20,000 nt of DNA from an uncultured virus (IMG/VR IMGVR_UViG_3300031227_011830) (taxonomy: Duplodnaviria; Heunggongvirae; Uroviricota; Caudoviricetes). This document shows positions 8,996 through 16,896 of this stretch, piece by piece (positions within the stretch are counted from its first letter, which is position 1; every line of letters starts with the position of its first letter). The position numbers and the translations under genes are program-made. The stretch lies in IMG/VR virus record IMGVR_UViG_3300031227_011830; one strand, given 5' to 3'. The notes under the pieces are model-generated. The model did no database searches and had not been told where the DNA came from. It was given only the letters and a program-made list of their open reading frames with translations.

Positions 8996-9907
8996 TTACT
9001 TGTAGGTGTCATCACCTAACCGTAAAACCTTTCGCATCCCAAACATCACATCCATCAAAATGGCAGCAACCTCTTCTTCTCTGTCAAAACGATACTCATG
9101 ACCATATTCGTTATCTAACAAAAACTCAGCACCGTTCGCTTCTTGTGTCTTCTGTTTTGCCCATCCAAAATGTTCCTCAAACTTGCAATCCGTAGATAAC
9201 TGCCCACGAGTAAATCCGCCCTGATGACATATCCTATCCCCATATACTAAACACATCGAACGATTCAATTCTGAATCCATGCCAAGAATAGATTTGGCAC
9301 ATCGTGTTACTCTATAACCATCTACTAGCCCGCCATTACTCCGAACCAACGCCGGAATCAATAAGCCAGTGTCATCACCGCCATTATATCGCATTATCTC
9401 ATACTTGGAAAACAAATCTGTCGAATTTAACTGACAAGCAACGTGCGTGTTGTGCCAACATAACTGTGTCCTAATTCGAAACTCTAAACTGCCAAACTCT
9501 AAAGCCAAAGGCGGAGGAACAAAAGGATGTAAAATGCCAACACATAATGCCCCGGATTCAAGCATTTTGAGTAAATTAGACAACCAATCATCAGCAATCG
9601 GAAAACAATCAGAATCCAAAGTCATTACATACTTTGTCGAAATCTTGCTTGGAATGACCATATCAAGCATTTGACCATGAATACGACTTGATAACTTGGT
9701 AGAAATATCTGTGGGATTTGCAAAATTCAACTCGTGATTTGGAAACTGTGACAACAAATCTTCAGCATCAAACTCATCAGGCGAACCATGACATACTAAC
9801 GACAATACAATGTCTTCTCGCGTATGCCGCCTAATACTGTCCAAACATACCTTTAGAATAGACTTTGTGCCTGTTTTGTAACAAACAACTATCGTTACGT
9901 CTGGCAT
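8996..9907 (-). CDS. Divergent GT2-like glycosyltransferase
   Basis: VTIVVCY...CLDSIRRHT, HGQMLD, YVMTLDSDCFPI, DDTG. Shares the HG..LD, SD..P and DTG motifs with 6551..7252. Confidence 0.78.
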   Translation of the reverse strand: MPDVTIVVCYKTGTKSILKVCLDSIRRHTREDIVLSLVCHGSPDEFDAEDLLSQFPNHELNFANPTDISTKLSSRIHGQMLDMVIPSKISTKYVMTLDSDCFPIADDWLSNLLKMLESGALCVGILHPFVPPPLALEFGSLEFRIRTQLCWHNTHVACQLNSTDLFSKYEIMRYNGGDDTGLLIPALVRSNGGLVDGYRVTRCAKSILGMDSELNRSMCLVYGDRICHQGGFTRGQLSTDCKFEEHFGWAKQKTQEANGAEFLLDNEYGHEYRFDREEEVAAILMDVMFGMRKVLRLGDDTYK

Positions 9908-10491
9908 TCTTCATCCTCGACTTTGGGGTGAATAGCTTCAATTTCCTTTACCCTTTTGTCAACGATACTCTTCAGATAATTCGTAGCCATTATAGATACA
10001 TTCTCTGGAACATCACGGAACTCAATAAGGTCCGCCGCTACCATTCTGTCATCAAATTGTGTCATCACCGGAGTAGATTTGCATTTCTTTTGACCATTTA
10101 TGACTGTAACTGATAAAACTACTCTAACTGTTCCATCATACTTCTCGTCCTTTGGAACAACCACGCCTCTACTAAAAAACGGAAGAACACGTTCATCTTG
10201 ACTACAATCATACTTCTGACATTCTTTCGGATGAGCGCCCCAAATCTTACACTTTCGCTTCAACGGATCAAAATAGCAACAATGACCTGCCGATGTCTTT
10301 GCAACAACATATACGCCTCTACGAGCCAATACCTCATCATACTTGTACTTGTCTATCTCATCCTTTGCAAGACCTACACGGAATGAAGTACAACACATGT
10401 GACCATGCTTGCAATTGTCACAATCAAGATTTACCATATCATCCGGCATACTTTGACTCCTTGTGAACATTCTGCTTGCAATTATTGACAT
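9895..10491 (-). CDS. YkgJ/CxxCxxCC-type cysteine-cluster (putative Fe-S/Zn) protein with C-terminal extension
   Basis: CDNCKHGHMCC, HCCYFD, CKIWGAHPKECQKYDC match the CxxC..CC / C.FL / C.IY..RP..C pattern. Confidence 0.72.
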   Translation of the reverse strand: MSIIASRMFTRSQSMPDDMVNLDCDNCKHGHMCCTSFRVGLAKDEIDKYKYDEVLARRGVYVVAKTSAGHCCYFDPLKRKCKIWGAHPKECQKYDCSQDERVLPFFSRGVVVPKDEKYDGTVRVVLSVTVINGQKKCKSTPVMTQFDDRMVAADLIEFRDVPENVSIMATNYLKSIVDKRVKEIEAIHPKVEDEECQT

Positions 10492-11097
10492 TTACAGATG
10501 AATCGCTAAACATTCAGGAACTTCAATCCACTTGAAGCGATTGCCAAACTCCTCGTAAGTCTGACCATCCGTAAAATAACCTAACTCGCCTTGAAAACCT
10601 GCTTGTTTGAACACTTCTGTTCTTATCATTATCTGTAACGTGTCAATGTGATACAACTTCGGCGGAACCCCAGTCAAAACCTTGGGAGGCTTGCCCCAAA
10701 AGTCCTGTAAAGGCCCAAAATGCAATATGCGACATATCGCCCACGGCTCGTCATTCTCGGCTGATTCCAAAGCTTCAACCATTCTCGCAAGATACGAAGG
10801 CATAATCACATTGTCGTCATCATAAAAAACTAAATAATCCCCAGTTGCATTCTCAACCATCTCCTTGCGTACGCCATATCCATAATCATTGTGAGCTTTT
10901 GAAGTGTGATGGTAAGTCAACTTTTCACTTTCTTCAGCCAAAACAAGCGAGTGAATAGGGCTCTCAAACTCACCATCTGAGCAAAGAATGTGCTCCCAAT
11001 TCTCATAAGTCTGCTCACGAACACATCCAATGCAACGAGCGACAATACGAGGCTCGCGATGTAACGTAGGCGTGATAATCGAAACTTTAGCACTCAA
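10492..11097 (-). CDS. Glycosyltransferase family 2 protein
   Basis: KVSIITPT, QTYENWEHILCSDG, ATGDYLVFYDDDN. TTG start with AAGGAG SD. Confidence 0.88.
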   Translation of the reverse strand: MSAKVSIITPTLHREPRIVARCIGCVREQTYENWEHILCSDGEFESPIHSLVLAEESEKLTYHHTSKAHNDYGYGVRKEMVENATGDYLVFYDDDNVIMPSYLARMVEALESAENDEPWAICRILHFGPLQDFWGKPPKVLTGVPPKLYHIDTLQIMIRTEVFKQAGFQGELGYFTDGQTYEEFGNRFKWIEVPECLAIHL

Positions 11098-11110
11098 CGA
11101 TAGCTCTCCT

Positions 11111-11437
11111 TTACCAATTCACTTCTTTTGCCCCACCAGGACTGTTAGGCGGTCCACCATCCGCATAATACTCTATCAACTTTTTCGCCTGCTTAGGTTC
11201 TATCACGCCAGTTATACCAGATTGTATGTTAGCCTCAATGTTCTTGGCACAATCAAGTATAGACCTGCCAGAAAACGCCGCCGGCCCGCTACCGCCTAAC
11301 ATGGTAAAACGTATGCCATCATTGCCTTTGCAATGAGGACAAAAAAGTTCTACTGAATCAACACGATAAACACATTCGCCAAAAACATCATCCTTTGTCT
11401 TGGTTTTTACTTTGATACACTGTCCTACGTCAAACAT
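11111..11437 (-). CDS. Hypothetical protein (single CPHC motif)
   Basis: 108-aa ORF that fills the operon gap, with an AAGGAG SD and a 13-bp overlap with galE. Confidence 0.7.
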   Translation of the reverse strand: MFDVGQCIKVKTKTKDDVFGECVYRVDSVELFCPHCKGNDGIRFTMLGGSGPAAFSGRSILDCAKNIEANIQSGITGVIEPKQAKKLIEYYADGGPPNSPGGAKEVNW

Positions 11438-12378
11438 CCTTTTACTCCTTTATGCCAACCAAAAGCGGTCAAAACAATCTTGTCAATATCACTCATGCTT
11501 GGCAACCAATTCAATTCCGATTTGGCCTTGTCTACCACGGCCAACGAAAATGGAGAAACGTCTTTTTTGCGTACGCCAACCCTTATCGGCTTGTCAATAA
11601 TGCCGCCTATCTTCTCCAAAAGAGTCATAATGGAAGTGCCATAACCAGAACCAATGTTGAATACGCTAAATTTGCTCTTCTTTGTATGCTCAATAGCTCT
11701 CAAATGAGCATCAGCAACATCACAAACATGAACATAATCACGAATACAAGTCCCGTCAAATGTTGGCCAATCAGCTCCATGCATTATAAACTTAGTGTCC
11801 ATTCCAAAACCTACCCGAATGATGCTCGGAATGATAGCAGAAGATTCTATCGTTTCGCCTATCTTTCCTGAAATGTGAGCGCCGCCAACATTGAAAGGCC
11901 GCAAAACTGTACACCGTAAATCACTCCAACGAGTAAACGCCTCTATCTGCTCTTCTGCTATCAATTTGCTATAACCATAATCACTCTCGGGATTCTTACA
12001 AGCTTCTTCATCAACCCCTGATAAATATGAACCATATACAGCCGCCGATGAACAAAACACAAGACGATTGATGCCACATTTGAGCATGCTTTTTATCACA
12101 CTAAGTGTACCACGAGTGTTGTTCTCATAATACCGCCTTGCAGGATGCTTTCCCTTTCCAATTTCCTTGATAGCAGCAAGATGACATACAATGCTTATGT
12201 TGTGCGTAAGTATGGTTTCAGAAAGCAAAGTCTCATTGAGAACATTCCCCGTAACATGACTATCCCCAAGCGAAGGACTCAAATCATACACTATTGGATT
12301 ATACCCACTATCCTGCAATAATTTTACAAGATGTATCCCAATATAGCCTGCGCCGCCTGTTACAAGTACGTTTTCCAT
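11425..12378 (-). CDS. galE: UDP-glucose 4-epimerase-like NAD-dependent epimerase
   Basis: VLVTGGAGYIG, YYENNTRGT, FCSSAAVYG, YGYSK (YxxxK), DGTCIRDYVHVCDVADAH, FNIGSGYGTS. Confidence 0.9.
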   Translation of the reverse strand: MENVLVTGGAGYIGIHLVKLLQDSGYNPIVYDLSPSLGDSHVTGNVLNETLLSETILTHNISIVCHLAAIKEIGKGKHPARRYYENNTRGTLSVIKSMLKCGINRLVFCSSAAVYGSYLSGVDEEACKNPESDYGYSKLIAEEQIEAFTRWSDLRCTVLRPFNVGGAHISGKIGETIESSAIIPSIIRVGFGMDTKFIMHGADWPTFDGTCIRDYVHVCDVADAHLRAIEHTKKSKFSVFNIGSGYGTSIMTLLEKIGGIIDKPIRVGVRKKDVSPFSLAVVDKAKSELNWLPSMSDIDKIVLTAFGWHKGVKGCLT

Positions 12379-12389
12379 TACTTCTGCCC

Positions 12390-15179
12390 TTACTTCTGAA
12401 GAATCGTACTGCCTTTATTGACATCATAAAACCACGTATTGCTGTCCTCAAACTTACGCAACGGAATAAACGCAATATACCCCTTCTTGATTTCACCCCG
12501 AAATTGCTTCTGACCTTTCTGGAAAACAAAAAACTTTATCTCGTCTACATCATCACTCAACTCTATAAACAAATAAGGATTCCCATTCTTCGACACTCTT
12601 GGTGTAATGTCTTCTACACGACCAAATACAAACGATAAACTGTCCCGATGACATAAGTCCGATATGAAACAGCCCAAACTTTGAGATTCTACCTTGTCTC
12701 TATACTGACTCTGTAAAGTTGGCTTTGATAAGCATAACCCGTTCAATGCTTCACGCTCATGCTTTTCCAAACTCGTTTCAGTAAACTCAGGTGGCTCGTC
12801 TTTTTTGATTTTGCGAAGCTCAAAATACCTGTCCGATACTTCTTGGGGTGCCCCAAAACAATCAAATGCCCGCGCATATACCAAATTCATGAATACACGC
12901 TTGTTGACCCGACGACGATTTACACGATTATGAAAATCCTCTACATCCTTGAATAGACCATTAGCCTCGCGCTCAACAACAATGTCCGCCGCCGACTTGC
13001 CAACTTGCTTGATATGATTCAAAGCGAATCGCATTTCTCCATCTTCAATGCTGAAACCGTCAAGACTCTTATTGATGTTCGGTCCTAATATCTTGATGCC
13101 CCGGCGTCGAGCATAACTAATGTAATCCATCATCAACGGACGACTATCAGTTTGTCGCTTCTTCTTCGCAGGGGGCGTGTTGTTTAACAATGCGGTAATA
13201 TACTCTGTGGGATAATGATGCTTCAACCAAAACTCAGCCGATGTTACTGCCGAATATGCCATTGCATGGGAATTAGACGTGATTATTCCATTAGCAAGCG
13301 CAAAGTTGTGGGATGGATGACGTACTTCCAAATCGTAGACATGTCGGTAGCCCACAAACACTGCTGATAACACTCTCCGAATAACCACACGCCCGGAATC
13401 GACTTGTTTAGTAGAACATTCTAAGCTTTCAAGTAATGAAGGAACCAAAATCTTTTGCGTTCTTTCCCATAAACCTAACGCATCTAACCGTCTCGTTTTA
13501 CTGCTGACCATAGACAATACTTCTATGTTGTCCTTCATTATTTTCCATAGCGGAAGCATTCCATTAGGTGTAAGAAACTTATGATTGACAGAACAAGTAA
13601 CCTTTTCGCCAGCATCAAATGTGACTTCAAAGGATTTCAACTTGCCGTGGTCATGCAATGCAATCACTTCTGTTGGCACAAAATTACCACCATCGTAACA
13701 CCATACACTATCACCAGATTCAAAATCGCATATTCTCTTACTCCTGCCATCTACTGTATCAACCAATGTATCTTTGTCAACTGAACGATTGAATCCATAA
13801 CCACCGAAACTTTTCAATAAATTCCAAATCTCGTCAACTTCTTGCTCTGTTACTTCCCCGGAATCAACCCTTGCTTGTGCCCCCTTCTTGAACTTTTCTT
13901 CCATTATGGGCAACCTATCCAGTTTCTTCTTTGCTATGACACTACGCAATTGATTTGACTCAACAGGGGTGAAGCCCGCAAATACCTGAGCAACCTTCAT
14001 TACTTGCTCCTGATAAACAATTACGCCATACGTCTCAGATAATATCTCTCGTAAACACGGAATCATCTCATATTGCTCACCATGCTTACGCCGTGCATAT
14101 ACTTGGTCCATTCCCATGTTCTTCGGACCAGGACGTATCAATGAAGTCACAGCACTAATGTCGAAAATGCTATCAACGCCAACAGCATCTATAACCGGTT
14201 TCGTACCAGGACTCTCAAACTGAAAAATACCAACGCAATCCTGCTTAGCTTGTAACCTAATAACCTCACAGTCATTGATAGGCAACCTACTACGACTCAA
14301 TTTTCTGCCACGTCCTGCTTCAATATACTGCAAACAATCTGAAATAACAGATAAATTTTTTAATCCCAAAATGTCGAATTTGACAAGACCAATTTCACTC
14401 AATTCGTGTGTTGCTAAACCTTCTGACCATACTGATACCACAGCACCACTATTATCGCGAAAAACGGCTACCTTGTCCTGTAAATCCAAATTGCTTATGA
14501 TGACGCCGCCGGCATGTTTTCCAGCATTCTTGACCTGATTCCTGAGAACCTTTGCATGAGTCAATACTTCAGGATTCTTGTCAAAATAAGTTTTCAGCTC
14601 AGGATAGTGCTTGCAAACTTCCTCAAAATCCATCTCATCAATCTTTTGCTCTTCGCTTTCACCTTCGCCCAGAGCAACATCAAACTTGGCAAGCGTATCC
14701 ATCTGCTTGGTTACCTGCATCGCAGCCCATACATCCAATCCTAATGCTCTGGATACATCAACTATTACAGCACGTGTCTTGTACGTCTGATACGTTCCAA
14801 TTGAACACGTCTTGGCTTCCCCAAATACATCTACTATGTGAGCTTTCACCCAATCCCTAACACGAGGATCAAAATCAGTATCAATGTCGGGAACAGTTCC
14901 TCCAAAAAATTTGTCTTTGTACAAATCTTTACAAGACAACACTGGATCAATCAAGGCAATATCAAGCAAAAACATAATAAGACTATTATAACTATCAGCA
15001 TTCTTGATATTTTGCTCTTTGCTTGCCTGCCACAACCTATTACAGGTTCCTCTATTTTTAGATTCCGTCTTTCTCAACTCTTCTAACTCTTCCACAAGAC
15101 GATTTAGATACCGCTTTTGATTTCCAAATTCAGACATGATTCTTTCAACACAACGCTTCTTTATCTCAAAAAAAGACAT
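12390..15179 (-). CDS. dnaE: DNA polymerase III alpha, C-terminal half (catalytic palm, thumb, fingers, HhH, OB), intein-containing
   Basis: PDIDTDF, KHAGGVII, GLVKFDILGL, GIFQFES, IRPGP, TYGVIVYQEQVM, YGFNR|SHAMAY, LKHHYPTEY, GPNINKS, C-terminal OB-like GRVEDITPRVSKNG. Start is ATG 15179 (MSFF, GAGG upstream) or 15215. Confidence 0.93.
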   Translation of the reverse strand: MSFFEIKKRCVERIMSEFGNQKRYLNRLVEELEELRKTESKNRGTCNRLWQASKEQNIKNADSYNSLIMFLLDIALIDPVLSCKDLYKDKFFGGTVPDIDTDFDPRVRDWVKAHIVDVFGEAKTCSIGTYQTYKTRAVIVDVSRALGLDVWAAMQVTKQMDTLAKFDVALGEGESEEQKIDEMDFEEVCKHYPELKTYFDKNPEVLTHAKVLRNQVKNAGKHAGGVIISNLDLQDKVAVFRDNSGAVVSVWSEGLATHELSEIGLVKFDILGLKNLSVISDCLQYIEAGRGRKLSRSRLPINDCEVIRLQAKQDCVGIFQFESPGTKPVIDAVGVDSIFDISAVTSLIRPGPKNMGMDQVYARRKHGEQYEMIPCLREILSETYGVIVYQEQVMKVAQVFAGFTPVESNQLRSVIAKKKLDRLPIMEEKFKKGAQARVDSGEVTEQEVDEIWNLLKSFGGYGFNRSVDKDTLVDTVDGRSKRICDFESGDSVWCYDGGNFVPTEVIALHDHGKLKSFEVTFDAGEKVTCSVNHKFLTPNGMLPLWKIMKDNIEVLSMVSSKTRRLDALGLWERTQKILVPSLLESLECSTKQVDSGRVVIRRVLSAVFVGYRHVYDLEVRHPSHNFALANGIITSNSHAMAYSAVTSAEFWLKHHYPTEYITALLNNTPPAKKKRQTDSRPLMMDYISYARRRGIKILGPNINKSLDGFSIEDGEMRFALNHIKQVGKSAADIVVEREANGLFKDVEDFHNRVNRRRVNKRVFMNLVYARAFDCFGAPQEVSDRYFELRKIKKDEPPEFTETSLEKHEREALNGLCLSKPTLQSQYRDKVESQSLGCFISDLCHRDSLSFVFGRVEDITPRVSKNGNPYLFIELSDDVDEIKFFVFQKGQKQFRGEIKKGYIAFIPLRKFEDSNTWFYDVNKGSTILQK
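13272..13784 (-). mobile_element. Contiguous mini-intein (171 aa, no homing endonuclease) in DnaE at GFNR|SHA
   Basis: Interrupts the conserved YGFN(K/R)SHA motif. Begins SVDKDT; block B TCSVNHKFLT; blocks F/G VYDLEV..SHNFALANGIITSN; +1 residue Ser. Confidence 0.92.
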
Positions 15180-15181
15180 TC

Positions 15182-15288
15182 TTATATTTTCCTCTTCATG
15201 CTTTGCCCATAACATTTTTTGAACAAAACTTTCTGCGTTCTTTTCGGTTATTTTGAAACTCTCTATTACAATGTAAGCATTTATCCAT
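15182..15288 (-). pseudogene. Small Zn-finger ORF remnant between the two dnaE halves
   Basis: AAGGAG SD then ATG 15288: MDKCLHCNREFQNNRKERRKFCSKNVMGKA* (stop 15196). One extra A in the A6 run gives ...KFCSKKCYGQSMKRKI* (stop 15182), completing CxxC...FCSxxC. Confidence 0.6.
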
Positions 15289-15303
15289 GATGATTCTCCT
15301 TAT

Positions 15304-16896
15304 TTATACACCAAAACTGCAAAATTTTTCCCCCATGCGACCATAATCTAAAAACCGCTCAAAAAGTAATCCATACTTGATCGGATCAAGATCAGTCAAA
15401 CCAAGACACCAAGATACAATCGAACCGGCTGCACTGCCTCTCCCCCAACCCACGCAACCTTCGCCAAACTTCTCCTTCGTATCACTGATTATCCTATCCA
15501 TTGCCAAAAAATAATCAGCAAAACCCAAATTGCATATCACTTCTAACTCAAAATTGAGCCTATCACTATACTGCTTTCCTCGCAAATTCTTTGCCTTGAA
15601 CCCCGCCTTTGCCTTTCCTCGCAACACCGAAGAACTATCATCAAAAAGCTTGGGCAACTTGAACTCAGAATCCAAAACTATCTCTTCGCACTTCATAGCT
15701 ATGAGACGAGTATTCTCAAATGCCTCATTCAATACTTCCTCAGTAAATACGTCACTTCGATAAGCTAACGCACGGCCAGTTGTAACATCTGAAAATATGC
15801 CATCACCCCACAACTGCCGCATCTCAGCTTCCGAACGATAATACAGATTCTTGGCCTCAAATTGCCACACTTCTTCAGGATTCTCTATCTTGTCATCTAT
15901 CGTCTTTCCACTCTTGATGAGTAAAAGAATATCATGAGTCGCAGTATGCTCCGGTAACAAATAATGACTATCACAACTAACGATTAGCGGAGCCCCTACT
16001 TCCCTGGCAAACTCAATCAACCTATGAGTGACTTCAATCTGAACCTGCATCTCTATCAAAGTCAATTCAATGTAAAACTCGTCAAATGCCTCATTGTAAA
16101 AATCATAAACACGACGTGCCTCATCCTTCTTGTCATCCATCAACAAAACAGCTAATTCACCGCCCATGCAGGCCGAACTCGATATGATGCCTTCGCCCCA
16201 TCGCTTCATCGCTTCTTTGTTGACACGGGGACGATAATAAAATCCATGAAGCTGAGCATCATTGTGTATCTTGATGAGATTGTAAAATCCAACCTCATTA
16301 CGAGCTAACATGACAAGATGAAAATTGCGCCGATGAGACTTTCGCTCCTCAACATCATCGCCACGATACTCATTGCAATATGCCTCAAATCCAAAAATGG
16401 GCTTTATTCCAGCCTTGCGACAAATACCATACTGCTTTATCCAACCGCCAACATGACCATGATTGGTCACTGAACAAAATGATTGCTTCCGCTTCTGAAG
16501 TTGCTTTACCAAACCCCCTACAGTGCCCAAACCATCGCGAATGCTAAACTCATCATGATGATGTAAATTGACAAATCGGTCCCCTATCGCTTTACGTACT
16601 TTTTCATGTAAGCTCGGCCTGAATGTGCCGTCCGAAATCACAGGATACTTGCGTGATAAAATTGCGCCCCCAACTTGAATCACAAGATTAGAATCGCATA
16701 GCCTAATCTCCTCACGAGAAAAATCGTCATCCTGCTTAGGCCATGTTACATTTACCTCAAACCTATCAATACCAAGCTCAGTAAGATACTGAGATATGTC
16801 ATAAGATTCATCTGGAACAACAAACAAAATCGGCCTGCCAGGATGATCTATCTCATCCTTTACTCCACTCTGTTCATATAGCTTTTCAAGATTCAC
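15304..16896 (-). CDS. dnaE: DNA polymerase III alpha, N-terminal half (N-terminal extension + PHP domain + start of palm)
   Basis: FVNLHHHDEFSIRDG, VTNHG, KPIFGFEAY, HLVMLARNEVGFYNL, SSACMGGE, SCDSHY, RLNFELEVI...FADYFL, GRGSAAGS, DPIKYGLLFERFL, then a stop before PDID. Confidence 0.93.
   Translation of the reverse strand: MNLEKLYEQSGVKDEIDHPGRPILFVVPDESYDISQYLTELGIDRFEVNVTWPKQDDDFSREEIRLCDSNLVIQVGGAILSRKYPVISDGTFRPSLHEKVRKAIGDRFVNLHHHDEFSIRDGLGTVGGLVKQLQKRKQSFCSVTNHGHVGGWIKQYGICRKAGIKPIFGFEAYCNEYRGDDVEERKSHRRNFHLVMLARNEVGFYNLIKIHNDAQLHGFYYRPRVNKEAMKRWGEGIISSSACMGGELAVLLMDDKKDEARRVYDFYNEAFDEFYIELTLIEMQVQIEVTHRLIEFAREVGAPLIVSCDSHYLLPEHTATHDILLLIKSGKTIDDKIENPEEVWQFEAKNLYYRSEAEMRQLWGDGIFSDVTTGRALAYRSDVFTEEVLNEAFENTRLIAMKCEEIVLDSEFKLPKLFDDSSSVLRGKAKAGFKAKNLRGKQYSDRLNFELEVICNLGFADYFLAMDRIISDTKEKFGEGCVGWGRGSAAGSIVSWCLGLTDLDPIKYGLLFERFLDYGRMGEKFCSFGV

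Noticed and set aside
1..12378. Ordinary bacterial O-antigen/capsule locus
   Set aside because: No flippase, polymerase, ABC exporter or priming transferase is visible, and the cluster is coupled to a phage-like replication module. Not fully excluded, because the cluster continues beyond the left edge.
15180..15340. Split intein or group I intron joining the dnaE halves
   Set aside because: There is no Cys/Ser-initiated intein N-fragment at the end of dnaE-N and no HN/SN-ending fragment before PDID. The spacer is too short for a group I intron core.
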